This document shows positions 50,256 to 60,184 of a stretch of 64,000 bases of DNA, piece by piece. Below the pieces are notes generated by a model. The model ran no database searches. It saw nothing but the letters and a program-made list of their open reading frames with translations, and had not been told where the DNA came from. The position numbers and the translations under genes were made by a program. Location of the stretch: assembly GCA_965649225.1 (NCBI GenBank), contig CBFGJX010000002.1, positions 96,001 to 160,000 of the forward strand, given 5' to 3'. The DNA comes from a candidate division WOR-3 bacterium. GTDB lineage: Bacteria; Hydrothermota; Tepidihabitantia; Tepidihabitantales; Tepidihabitantaceae. How positions within the stretch are numbered: the stretch's first letter is position 1; the number at the start of each line of letters is the position of its first letter.

Positions 50256-51183
50256 TCTCGTGCTTCCTTATCAGTGCCACGAAAAACGCCTCGGTATCGT
50301 TGTCCTGCGGCAGTATCCGCCGGGTCCGCGCCACAGCGTCAGCATATCGTTCTCCCCGCCACTCGGTCAAGCCGGGATGCGCAACCAGCCCGGGTAGCTG
50401 CCACTCCAGCACCTCGGCTGCCGGCTCACGAGCAAGCAGCCAGCTCACCGCGCCTTCGTTCTCCTCCGGCGCCAGAGTGCAGGTTGAGTAAACCAGCCTT
50501 CCGCCCGGCTTCAGACACCGATACCCGGCCTGCAGCAGTCCGCGCTGAACCGTCGTGAAACGCACAATCGCCTCAGGCGACCACTGCTCGAGCGCCTGGG
50601 CCGACTTACGGATAGTGCCCTCGGCTGAGCAGGGTGCGTCCACCAGCACCCGGTCGCAACGACCGGCCAGAGGCTGAGCCAGTCTGATGCCGTCCAGCCG
50701 GGTCACCGCGACGTTCAAACACCCGGCCCGGTCGATGTTGCCAACCAGTCCCCGCACCCGCACCGGCGACGAATCGTTGGCGACGATCAGCCCGGTGTTT
50801 TCCATCAACGCCGCCATCTGGGTTGTCTTGGACCCGGGTGCGGCGGCAATATCCAGCACGGTCTGGCCCGGCTCCGGCGCAAGTACCAGCGGCGGCACCA
50901 TTGATGCCGCCTCCTGCACGTAAATCAGCCCGAGGAAGTGCTCCAGCCGTCGCCCGATTGCAATCCCGTTACCGAGGACAAAACCCTGTGCGTACCATGG
51001 CAATACCTCGGGCGCAAGGTCGGCCAGCAGCTCAAGAACCTGCTCGGTCGTCGCCTTCAAAGTGTTCACCCGTGCGGTCCGGCGCAGCGGCCGGCGCAGC
51101 GCATCCAGCAGGGAATCAATGTCGCTCAGTTGCCGGTAGCGTTCGACAAAAGCAGCCGGAAAACGGTAGTCGCTGCCCCTCAA
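50242..51183 (-). CDS. RsmB/NOP-family RNA m5C methyltransferase (RsmF-like catalytic domain)
   Basis: RVNTLK, YVQEAASM, AAAPGSKTTQ, VDAPCS.EG, VYSTCT..PEENE. Confidence 0.93.
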   Translation of the reverse strand: MRGSDYRFPAAFVERYRQLSDIDSLLDALRRPLRRTARVNTLKATTEQVLELLADLAPEVLPWYAQGFVLGNGIAIGRRLEHFLGLIYVQEAASMVPPLVLAPEPGQTVLDIAAAPGSKTTQMAALMENTGLIVANDSSPVRVRGLVGNIDRAGCLNVAVTRLDGIRLAQPLAGRCDRVLVDAPCSAEGTIRKSAQALEQWSPEAIVRFTTVQRGLLQAGYRCLKPGGRLVYSTCTLAPEENEGAVSWLLAREPAAEVLEWQLPGLVAHPGLTEWRGERYADAVARTRRILPQDNDTEAFFVALIRKHENAAG

Positions 51184-52268
51184 TTCCCGCCCACCGTCTC
51201 CCGTGACCAGCGTTCCAGCCGCCGCAGCGCCCCAAGCTGCTCACCGTTGCCCAGCTTCGCCGCGCGGATGGCACGTTCAAGCGTGACAAGCACTCGGTCG
51301 TAGGCATTCCGGTTTACCGGATAGGGCCACCCGTCCTTGCCCCCTACTGCAAAAGAGTAAGTTACCGGGTCGCGAAACGACAGCGGTGCGCCATACGCCA
51401 CCTCGGCCACCAGCGCCAGCGCGCGCACAGTCTTCGGACCCACACCCGGTGTCAAAAGCAGCTCGGTGAAGCTGCCCGGCGCCAGCTCATAAGTTGTCAG
51501 AAGCACTTTACGCAGATACTCGGGCCGGCAATCCGTCAGCCCCACCGGGTGCTTTGCAGGCAGCATGAGACTCCGCACCCGCTCCAGCTCGCGCACAACC
51601 GATTCCGGCTCCTGCCGCGCCAAATCCGTCACTGCCTGCCGTGCGCTCACCGCCTCACCCGCTACCATGTTCAACGGCTGCGTACGCACGTCGCAGGCCA
51701 CGCCCTCGTGCGGATCACTCACCGGGTCAACCGCCTTCTCACCGAGCCAGTGATAACGCCTGGCCTGTCTCAATTCGGTGTTCATTCCCTGCTGGACAAC
51801 TGCCCACTTGCCCTGTGTTGTGCCGAAAAACACATGGTGGTAAAGCTGAAATCCATCCTGCAGCCCGGCCGAGTCCACCTTCGCCACAAGCCGGCTCAGG
51901 CGCACCAGCGACTCGCCATCGAGGCCAAAAGCATCTGCCTGCACGCGCAGCTCGTCCGGAGTCCTGCGTGACGCGCGGCCCTTGCCGCCGCAGACAAACA
52001 CGCCGACATCACGCTCCAGCCCCGACAGGCCTTCCTTGAACGCACCACACACAGTTGTGGTCACGCCCGACGAATGCCAGTCGAAACCGGCCACGCACCC
52101 AAAAGCCTGAAACCACACCGGGTCGGCAAGCCGTCGCAGCAGTTCATCCGGCCCGTACTCGGCCGCAACAATCTCGCCCACCGCCCGTGCCATCCGCTTC
52201 ATCCGGTCAAAAAGCCAGCGTGGAGCACTGCCCCAGTGCAACGGCAGTGTGGCGACGCCTTTGCGCAT
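51180..52268 (-). CDS. DUF763-family protein
   Basis: LPLHWG.AP.WL, DP.WFQ, DWHSSG.TT, SRLVAKVD, QDG.QLYHH, QQGMN, ARRYHW, GGKDG.P.PV; promoter TTGACC-16-TAAAAT-5-ATG. Confidence 0.9.
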   Translation of the reverse strand: MRKGVATLPLHWGSAPRWLFDRMKRMARAVGEIVAAEYGPDELLRRLADPVWFQAFGCVAGFDWHSSGVTTTVCGAFKEGLSGLERDVGVFVCGGKGRASRRTPDELRVQADAFGLDGESLVRLSRLVAKVDSAGLQDGFQLYHHVFFGTTQGKWAVVQQGMNTELRQARRYHWLGEKAVDPVSDPHEGVACDVRTQPLNMVAGEAVSARQAVTDLARQEPESVVRELERVRSLMLPAKHPVGLTDCRPEYLRKVLLTTYELAPGSFTELLLTPGVGPKTVRALALVAEVAYGAPLSFRDPVTYSFAVGGKDGWPYPVNRNAYDRVLVTLERAIRAAKLGNGEQLGALRRLERWSRETVGGN

Positions 52269-52807
52269 GCGCCATTTTAGAACTGCCTCACTGCCGGTCA
52301 AGCGGCTTGCTGCCATGACGCTCGCAACGGACGGCAAGACACCGAATCCGGTCTCGTAGATTACCAGTCACCGCCGCGAAGTACCGTCCTTGAACAGCGC
52401 CAGGCTCGGAGAGTAAAAACCCGGGAAGCGACAGCCAAAATGGGTTGAAGCAAATTCTCCACCGCCGCCCTCGGAACGAGGGAGCAAAAACAGCCAATGC
52501 TGGCGTAACATTTTGAAAAAAGGTGCGATATCTGGTATTTGTTCGAAGCCACCTGCTATAACCCTGGTTACAGCGACAACCGGGGCAAAGCGTCACAGCC
52601 CTGCTTCAGCCGGTCAAAACAGGCCACGCCGCCCAGCTCGTGTCGAACTGCCGCGCTCAACAACCTGGACCCCGGGCTGGACGTCTCACAAAGCGCCTGA
52701 ATCGTTCACAGATTGATCCTGCACGTGCTCGACTGCCCAATCGGGCGCCCCGGACGAAGACGCAGCGGGCCGCTGCCCGCCGCTCACCGCCAATCAATCA
52801 GGCCGGA

Positions 52808-53404
52808 TTACCTGTCCCAGGCTGATTCAACGATACCGAGTTTGCTGAGCAACTCGCGCATCAGCAGTCGCTCGTCCTTGCCGCCCCAGGTCCACGGAGC
52901 TCCCGGGTCAGGCGAATCGGTTACATACCCGACATACAACACCTGCCGATCCCTGCGGCGCACGACCTGCACGACGAACGGTTCGCGTCCGCTATCGGCT
53001 CTTGTCAGGAAGACGTAATCAGCATCGGTCTCGTCAACCAGCGCCAGCGCATCGCGCACTGTCTGCGTTTCGCTGGAAGTTTGCGTGCCGCCGCCGCCTA
53101 TCGCCAAGCCGCCACCCCAAGTCCCTAATGCGGCCTGAGCCTGAGTGTTGCCTTTAGTTTCCGTGCGGGTCTGCACGATTGCCGGCGGCAGCTTGACTTT
53201 CACGCCGTTGCCAACCAGCAACGTCATCACACGGTCAGCAGCCGCCCGATCGCCGGGTGTTGCGCTCATTGGTATCACGGTGACACTCGGGTCTTTGGGG
53301 GCTTCGGCCCTGACGACATACCGGTAAGTATAGTTGACACATCCGCTGAACACAACCATACCGACCACGGCGGAAAAGAGTCGAGGCAACAGCTGCCACA
53401 TCAT
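52808..53404 (-). CDS. Hypothetical lipoprotein
   Basis: Lipobox FSGC; SD GGGAG; promoter TTGACA-17-TACCAT upstream. Confidence 0.75.
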   Translation of the reverse strand: MMWQLLPRLFSAVVGMVVFSGCVNYTYRYVVRAEAPKDPSVTVIPMSATPGDRAAADRVMTLLVGNGVKVKLPPAIVQTRTETKGNTQAQAALGTWGGGLAIGGGGTQTSSETQTVRDALALVDETDADYVFLTRADSGREPFVVQVVRRRDRQVLYVGYVTDSPDPGAPWTWGGKDERLLMRELLSKLGIVESAWDR

Positions 53405-53641
53405 TGCTGCTCCCTGATTAGGCGCGTGATGGTATTCTTCAGAAGCCGTTCTGTCAAGCGACCAGACTAGGTCATCAGCTTCCGCAACACGGTCCAGTAA
53501 CGTCGGCTGTCAAAAACAAAGAATCCCGGCCGGGATACCTCCTGCGGCAAAGCATCCCGCGCTTCCTGGCTGCCGAAACGCTCGACGATTTCAGTCGGGA
53601 AAGCCCTGCCGCCAGGCTTTGCCGGTGGCGACCAAGGCTCG

Positions 53642-56600
53642 CTATTTATCAAGCCGGGTAACAATCACCTCGTTACCGGGCAGAGCCTCAACGATGAGGC
53701 GGCCGTTGTATGGTGAGTAAACTCCGTCTGCGCTCGAACCGACAACCGACACCCAGCGCCAGGGCAGTTCGAGCACGACCGTCATCGGCACCGGCGCCAT
53801 TCCAGCGGCAGCGGCATCCACAATGGTGAATGCCACCGACCGGTCGGACCTGCGCAGGTTAAGCCGGGCACTGCGATGCTGCAGGAGATACCGGCCGACA
53901 TCCTCCAAAGGTGCAACCCAGGCCCGGCTGTTGCGCACCAGCCGCACCTGACGGCCAAAATTGGCTGGTGTCACGGAGTACGTATGAACAACACCGTGTC
54001 GCAGCAGCGCCTGCAGTTCCTTGGAGTCCGGCTCAAGGATATGATGGTGCAGCAGAATCGTCCACTTGCCGCGTCCCTCTTCGACAATCCGGGCAAACTG
54101 CTTCAGTCCCGGCAGCGTATCGTTGTAGAATGCAAAGCTGTTGAGTCGGTAACGATCAAACACCGCCGGCAGATTGTAGCGCTCGCCGGCGGTACGTCCG
54201 AACCAGAAGCCGGCCGTCCGCAATGCTTTGAGCAGCAGTGGATTGACCGCACTGTACGGATAATGAAACGCCCGCGGCGGCTCCCCGAGTGCCTGTTCCA
54301 GCGCCTCCGCACAGTTAAGCGCATCCTGCGCAGCCCGGGCCGGGTCAAGCCGGGGCAAATCCGGGTCGTGACAGCCACCGTGGGCCGAAATGCGGTGGCC
54401 CCGCGCCAGCAGAGCCTTTGCCTCGGCAGTCCCAAGCCGTCGGATCGGGACACCGTCCTCCTCGGCATGCCAGTCGGCTTCAGCCCCGGTCCAGTCTGCA
54501 ACCAGACCAAAATTGGCCCGGTAACCGTAGCGGTCAAGCAGTGGCGCTGCAACGGCAAACTGTTCGTATGACCCATCGTCAAATGTGATTGAGACCGCAC
54601 CCGGTGCATCTCTCCGGAACGCGGCAATCCGGGCGCTGACCGCATGGCGCCGCATCGCCTCCAGGCGACCAAGACTTGCCTGTCGGGCCAGCGAATCGGC
54701 CAGCACCTGGCCCAGCCCGGCCGCAAAATCATAGTAGCTGCGCTTGAGCCGTTCGCGGTACTGGGGCATCTCCCATCCCGGCCAGCGCCAGCGGCGTGTA
54801 AACTGCAACCGGCCGCTCCGCAGGACGGGCAGCGTCGCGACGAGACGATCGCCGGGGTTGTTGCCGTCAACGGCGAACGCCGACAGTGCAAATCCGCCGG
54901 TCGTCACCGATTCGATACCGTCAGTGGCCGGGTCGTCCTGCAACACCTGATGACTCGAAGGGTCCGAGACATTCAACAACGCCCATGGGATACGCAGTTC
55001 AAGCAGTCCGTCCAGTTCGTACCAGTCGGCCAGTGAACTGTGGTCCGACCGCCCCCAGCGCAGCCGGCCGAACTCGGTGGTGGCTGCGGCAATTGTCTCT
55101 GCCAGCACAGTAAAACGGAGATGATTGCACATCAATCGCTGACTGATGAAACGTCCGTCGCGGTTGGCGACTGTCCGAAGGGTACGCCGGTCGACTTCCC
55201 GCGGGTCAGAGAACACCGAGTAACCGGAATCAACCAGCACCTCGGCATCCGCAGTATCACGCAGCATGACAAGAAACTCGACGCCGTTGGCGCAGTCCGG
55301 CCCGGCCGGGCCGAGACGGCTGGAACCCAGTTTCGGGTCGTAAGTGTCAATGGCGATGCCAATCGCCTGTCTGTCCCAGTCCGGCGAACGTTCGAGGTCC
55401 AGCCGGATATAGCAGTACTCCTCATCCGATGACAACCACAACGCGCGCAGCATGCCCGACCCGCGCACAAGCGGTCTGCCCGGCCAGTCGCCGGCTGCGC
55501 CATCGATCGTCACCAGTTCGCGCCCAAACTCCACCAGCCCGTAGCACTGCTCCGGATTCTGCACGTTGTGCCAGAGCCGCACCCGGTCAGCCGGCACCGC
55601 AAACTCGTCGACCAGCCAGTTGCGCTTGAACCACTCGTCCAGCCATGAGAACACGATTCCGCCGGCGCAACCCTCATCGTGGATGGCGCGGAGCATCGTC
55701 AGGTTGATACGGGCCTGCTCGGCTTCATCGTGCCCGCCATGGTTCATGCCGAAGCTGCTGTAATGAGAAATGCCCCGCGATGACGGCACACCGAATTCGG
55801 CAATGAGCAGCGGCACACCCGCGTGGTGATGTTTCAGCTTGGCAAGGTAGCCTGCGTAGTTGTCCGGCTCCCCTCGGCCGTTGCGGTAATCCCGGTACTC
55901 AGGCTCGAGAAATACAAAATCAGGATAGTAGGGGTACACATGATACGCGGCATAGTACCCGGCCCGCTGCATCGGCGTGGTGTTGATCGACATCGGGTCA
56001 AGTGTCACAAAATCGTTGTCGTAGGCGTAGCCACCACCTTTTTCGTTGTACTCGGTCGAATGATACAGCGGATCAACCGGCAACCAGCTGACGAAAGCAA
56101 CCGGACGCTGGGTCTCGTAAGCCACGGCCTCGTATTGACAAAGGTAATCGAGCATTTGCGCCAACCACACTGCAGTCGGGCTGCCTTCCGGCACACTGAG
56201 CATCACGCCGCTGTAGCGGCGAACCGAACGGTGCATCGTGTCAGTAACCTCGACGATCTCGGGTTCCCACTCCCGGCCAAAGAGATAACCAATCGTGAAC
56301 GGCGATACATCAGCCGACCATACGCCGGCGGCGTGACCCGGCCGCGGCTCGCGCACCAGCCGACCGGCGACCGCATCGACCGCATCACGGATCTCGGCCT
56401 TGACTGCACGCATGTACCCTGGCTCGAACAGATCGAGAGACTCCGGGGCCTCGGCCCAGATGCCCTGCAACAGGTAAACCGGTCGTCCCGCGTTGCGAAA
56501 ATTGTGTTGCGCCAGCGCCACATAGAACTCGGGAGGCAGAATCGTATAGGCCCGCACGACGTTGAACCCGGCCTCGCTCATTTGCTCAAGCCAGCGACCG

Positions 56601-56953
56601 TAGTCGTCACGACTCGCACCGAACTCGGTGGGATAGTGTCCGGGCAGCGCCACACCCAGGTTCGCACCCACTATGAAGAGCTTCTGCCAGGACTCGGTCT
56701 TCTCACCACGCGTGTTGCTGGTCACGGCCAGCCGTTCAAATTCATCGCCGTTACAGCGAAAGAGCACCCGAGCACGTGCGGCAGCCGCCGCAACCGCCTC
56801 AGGCGTTGCCACGACACCGCTGTCAGCCACAGCCGGCTCAGCCGCAATCACGACGCCGGGACGCGACCGACGATACTCGATACGCGCCAGCTGGACTACC
56901 AGCACGACCAGCCCGGCAAGCAGCAAACCGATGACAAAATACTTGCCGTGCAT
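53642..56953 (-). CDS. Glycoside-hydrolase-like TIM barrel fused to a C-terminal CE4 polysaccharide deacetylase
   Basis: N-terminal TM; GANLG..LPG..P.EF, VRAYT, GREWE, YHVYPYYP, IAEFG, DEWFK, PEQ.YG; CE4 motifs TFDDG, HGGCH, YPY, LLHH. Confidence 0.85.
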   Translation of the reverse strand: MHGKYFVIGLLLAGLVVLVVQLARIEYRRSRPGVVIAAEPAVADSGVVATPEAVAAAAARARVLFRCNGDEFERLAVTSNTRGEKTESWQKLFIVGANLGVALPGHYPTEFGASRDDYGRWLEQMSEAGFNVVRAYTILPPEFYVALAQHNFRNAGRPVYLLQGIWAEAPESLDLFEPGYMRAVKAEIRDAVDAVAGRLVREPRPGHAAGVWSADVSPFTIGYLFGREWEPEIVEVTDTMHRSVRRYSGVMLSVPEGSPTAVWLAQMLDYLCQYEAVAYETQRPVAFVSWLPVDPLYHSTEYNEKGGGYAYDNDFVTLDPMSINTTPMQRAGYYAAYHVYPYYPDFVFLEPEYRDYRNGRGEPDNYAGYLAKLKHHHAGVPLLIAEFGVPSSRGISHYSSFGMNHGGHDEAEQARINLTMLRAIHDEGCAGGIVFSWLDEWFKRNWLVDEFAVPADRVRLWHNVQNPEQCYGLVEFGRELVTIDGAAGDWPGRPLVRGSGMLRALWLSSDEEYCYIRLDLERSPDWDRQAIGIAIDTYDPKLGSSRLGPAGPDCANGVEFLVMLRDTADAEVLVDSGYSVFSDPREVDRRTLRTVANRDGRFISQRLMCNHLRFTVLAETIAAATTEFGRLRWGRSDHSSLADWYELDGLLELRIPWALLNVSDPSSHQVLQDDPATDGIESVTTGGFALSAFAVDGNNPGDRLVATLPVLRSGRLQFTRRWRWPGWEMPQYRERLKRSYYDFAAGLGQVLADSLARQASLGRLEAMRRHAVSARIAAFRRDAPGAVSITFDDGSYEQFAVAAPLLDRYGYRANFGLVADWTGAEADWHAEEDGVPIRRLGTAEAKALLARGHRISAHGGCHDPDLPRLDPARAAQDALNCAEALEQALGEPPRAFHYPYSAVNPLLLKALRTAGFWFGRTAGERYNLPAVFDRYRLNSFAFYNDTLPGLKQFARIVEEGRGKWTILLHHHILEPDSKELQALLRHGVVHTYSVTPANFGRQVRLVRNSRAWVAPLEDVGRYLLQHRSARLNLRRSDRSVAFTIVDAAAAGMAPVPMTVVLELPWRWVSVVGSSADGVYSPYNGRLIVEALPGNEVIVTRLDK

Positions 56954-56954
56954 A

Positions 56955-58721
56955 CTAGAACGCCCGGCTGACCGCCAGCCCGATGTTGCCATAGACATAC
57001 TGTCCCCTGCCTGCAGTCCCTGCAAAACTGACTTCCAACGCCACGTTTGTCCGGAACATAAACTCGCCGTCAATTGCCGCACTGCCACGCGCGACCAGTT
57101 CCCGGTCATCGTTCAAACCGCCAGCAGCATCGGCCGTTATCCCCCAGCGGTCCCGACGCAGCCTGATGCCGGCACCAATGGTGTTGGTTACCAGTCCCTG
57201 CGGTGAGTAGTAAAGCGGTGACTTCACGGCGAAGTCGTCGTAGTTGAAACCGTAATTGACCGTGACCCGCGGGCGGGTCATGACATCAAACCCCAGCCCG
57301 GCCGCCAGCGCGGTCTTGGTGTTACCGTCGCGGGTGACCCGCAGCCGCCCGGTCCGGGCATCAAGCCGCAGCCGGTCGAGTGGTCGCAGAGCGAACGCGG
57401 TCCAGACCGAGTTCGCACCGAGGTCCTGCGCCGGTTCAAATACCATCCGGCCCGCCTCGCCGGACCAGACAAACCAGCCCCGCTCGACCTCCCATCCGAT
57501 TGTCGCCGACTTGAACCCGAACTGCAGCACGTCCCCTTGCGCCTGACCAGTCAAGCGCAGCCACGGCAGCGGTCGCCAGAGTACGGCACCACGCGTCAGG
57601 ATGTAGTCACGGCCGAGTGTACCCCGACGGTTACTCGACACTGCAACCGACACACTCGGCACCAACCGGTCCCAGCTACGCTGTTCGTAACGCAACCGGT
57701 AGTCGCGGTACACACCCTGCGCTTCGCCATCGAAGTCAGCGGCGTTCGCAACCTCAAGTCGCAACCGCGGCGCGGCCGCGGCCCGTGCCCGTGCGATTGC
57801 CTCAACAAACTCTCTGCGTCCTGGCGCCAATGCCAGTGCCCGCCGATAGAAATACAACGCCGCTGCCGGCCGCTCAGTCCACTCGTAGTTCTGCCCAAGT
57901 CCGAACCACAAATCGGCATTGTCGGGAGATTGCTCGACAAGTCGCTCGTAGAGCCGAATCGCGCGCGTATGGTCGCCAGACCAGGACAACACCTGTGCCC
58001 GCCGTTGCTGCACAATGCGATTCGAAGGGTCGAGCGCCGCAGCCTCTGCCAGCCAGCGCAGCGCCGCCGAGTGCCGACCCGCCCAGGCGGCAACCTGTGC
58101 CCGGCCCAGCAATGCCTCAAAGTACTGCTCTGCACCGGGACTGACTTCGGCATAAGTTGCCTCCGCCTCGCCCAACCGGTTCTGCCACGACAGCGTAATC
58201 GCCCTACCCAGTCGCGCGTCATCGTCGGTCGGGTCCGCTGCCAGCAGCCGGTCGTAAACAGCGATAGCCGAATCAAGCTCGCCCACGCTGCGCAGTGTCA
58301 AGGCCAGCGCTTTCTGAAGGGCCCGGTCCGATGGAGCTGCGCTTGCGGCCGCCTCGACGCGTTCCAGCACATCAGCAGCCCGACCGGCATTGACCATTTC
58401 GTGCACTTCGGCCACGCTGACAGCCGGTGCTGGTGCTACTGGTCGCAGCGCCAGCGCAATTTCCCGGCCCGCCCGTGCGTCGTCATCGGTCGGGTCAGCC
58501 TCAATCAACCGGTCGTAGATTGCCACCGCTGAATCAATCTGGCCAACCGAACGCAAAACCAGCGCCAGAGCCTTCTGCAAAGGCACGTCGGCCGGATTTG
58601 CGGCCGCGGTCGCGGTGATACGTTCAAGCGCCTCTTCAGCCCGACCGGCCTCGACCAGCCGGTGCACTTCGGCAATGCTGATGGGCTCAACCAGAAGCTG
58701 AATCAACAGGAGCGCAATCAC
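56955..58721 (-). CDS. TPR + outer-membrane beta-barrel export protein (PgaA/BcsC/NfrA-like architecture)
   Basis: Signal peptide, TPR repeats (DDDARLGRA..LSW), beta-strand C-terminus with YYSP motif and terminal Phe. Confidence 0.8.
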   Translation of the reverse strand: MIALLLIQLLVEPISIAEVHRLVEAGRAEEALERITATAAANPADVPLQKALALVLRSVGQIDSAVAIYDRLIEADPTDDDARAGREIALALRPVAPAPAVSVAEVHEMVNAGRAADVLERVEAAASAAPSDRALQKALALTLRSVGELDSAIAVYDRLLAADPTDDDARLGRAITLSWQNRLGEAEATYAEVSPGAEQYFEALLGRAQVAAWAGRHSAALRWLAEAAALDPSNRIVQQRRAQVLSWSGDHTRAIRLYERLVEQSPDNADLWFGLGQNYEWTERPAAALYFYRRALALAPGRREFVEAIARARAAAAPRLRLEVANAADFDGEAQGVYRDYRLRYEQRSWDRLVPSVSVAVSSNRRGTLGRDYILTRGAVLWRPLPWLRLTGQAQGDVLQFGFKSATIGWEVERGWFVWSGEAGRMVFEPAQDLGANSVWTAFALRPLDRLRLDARTGRLRVTRDGNTKTALAAGLGFDVMTRPRVTVNYGFNYDDFAVKSPLYYSPQGLVTNTIGAGIRLRRDRWGITADAAGGLNDDRELVARGSAAIDGEFMFRTNVALEVSFAGTAGRGQYVYGNIGLAVSRAF

Positions 58722-60169
58722 GACCCCGCCTTGCCGAAACCAACGCGCTCAAACTTGTACCACGACTTCTGTCCAGCAAGCCAGTCCCAGGTACCCCAGA
58801 GCTGAAAAGCAGCGCGCAAAGGTCCGTAAACCGGACCGCTGGCCATCGCATAGCCGACCAGCCGCAGCCAGTCCCGGAACGTTCGATAGCGCATTGCCTC
58901 GACGTTGACCTTCGACTGGTGCGCGAACCGGCGTTCAACTGCGGTCGTGACGAGCGCGGCGATTACACCACCGCCCAGCGCGGTTGCAGCCAGCGCCCCC
59001 AGAAGCCACCAGACGTTCGCCTCGCCTGAGGCCGCCAGCCACACCAGCAGCGCCAGCCCCGCGACCTGAGCCACCGGGGCGATGGCAACGTAGATCAGCT
59101 GGTAAGGCACACCCAGCAGTCCGGCTGCGCCGTATGCCGGCTCAAACCACATTGCCCGGTGCAGCGTCAGCGACTCGAGCAGACCACGCTGCCAGCGGTT
59201 ACGTTGCCGCGCGAGCTGGCCGAGCCGCGAAGGCACTTCGGTCCAGGCAACCGGCCACGGGTCGAACACCACCGGCCTCCGCAGCTTCTGCTCACGGGTG
59301 TAGCGGTGCAGGCGGACGATCACCTCCATGTCCTCGCAGACGGTGCCCTTGGGACGGCCACGCGTGATGCGCCGGACGTAGTCGTGCCGGTTGTTGCGCG
59401 ACAGGAAACCACCGCAGTCCAGAAGCAGCTTGCGATCGAACATCGTGAAAGCGCCCGATAACACCATCAAAGCGCCGGCGGCGGACTGCGCGATCCGGCC
59501 GACAGTGTAGGACAGCAGATACTCGACCAGCTGAAACATCACCAGTGCCTGCCGTGGCAACTGTGCCGAGACCACCCGGCCTCGCTCGACCTGCGCCCCG
59601 TTGGCAGCAGTAATCAGCCCGCCGGCAGCCGCGGCATTGCGTGAACGGAAAAGCCGCGCCAGTCGGTCCAGCGCTGATGGTGCCAGCAGGGAATCGGAAT
59701 CCAGCGTCACAACCAGCGGCATCGCGGTCAACGCCAGTCCGACATTCAGCGAATCGGCCTTGCCCGAGTTGGGTTTATCCACAACCCGGAGCCGCGAGTC
59801 CAGACTCGAAACCAGAATCTGCCGCACTGGCGCCGTACCGACCACATCTGTATAGCGAGCTGCATCAGACCGAAGCGAGAATGCCTGACTCAACACCTCC
59901 AGCGTCGAATCGGTCGAACCGTCATTGATGACAATCACCTCAAACACCGGGTATTCCAGTGCCAGCAACGAACGGATGCTCTCAACCACAGTCGCGGCTT
60001 CATTATGCGCCGGCACCAGTATTGCGACGCCGACGTCGCCGGTCGGTACGCTCACGGTCGGTGCCGGCCGGCGAAAAACCACCAGAAACACGATTAGGAA
60101 AACGATATTCAGCAGGACATCAACGCCGAAGTAGATCGCCAGCAGGTCAACGGCAACGCGCAGAATCAT
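58718..60169 (-). CDS. Processive GT2 glycosyltransferase (PgaC/IcaA-like polysaccharide synthase)
   Basis: VPAHNE, NDGSTD, GKADSLN, DSD, CEDME, QRNRWQRG (D,D,D,QxxRW) and flanking TMs. Confidence 0.92.
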   Translation of the reverse strand: MILRVAVDLLAIYFGVDVLLNIVFLIVFLVVFRRPAPTVSVPTGDVGVAILVPAHNEAATVVESIRSLLALEYPVFEVIVINDGSTDSTLEVLSQAFSLRSDAARYTDVVGTAPVRQILVSSLDSRLRVVDKPNSGKADSLNVGLALTAMPLVVTLDSDSLLAPSALDRLARLFRSRNAAAAGGLITAANGAQVERGRVVSAQLPRQALVMFQLVEYLLSYTVGRIAQSAAGALMVLSGAFTMFDRKLLLDCGGFLSRNNRHDYVRRITRGRPKGTVCEDMEVIVRLHRYTREQKLRRPVVFDPWPVAWTEVPSRLGQLARQRNRWQRGLLESLTLHRAMWFEPAYGAAGLLGVPYQLIYVAIAPVAQVAGLALLVWLAASGEANVWWLLGALAATALGGGVIAALVTTAVERRFAHQSKVNVEAMRYRTFRDWLRLVGYAMASGPVYGPLRAAFQLWGTWDWLAGQKSWYKFERVGFGKAGS

Positions 60170-60184
60170 CGGTCCGGACAGTCG

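Noticed and set aside
52340..52480. 6S or SRP RNA in the intergenic region
   Set aside because: Only a short CTTGAAC resemblance; I could not build the long rod or the SRP loop motif by eye.
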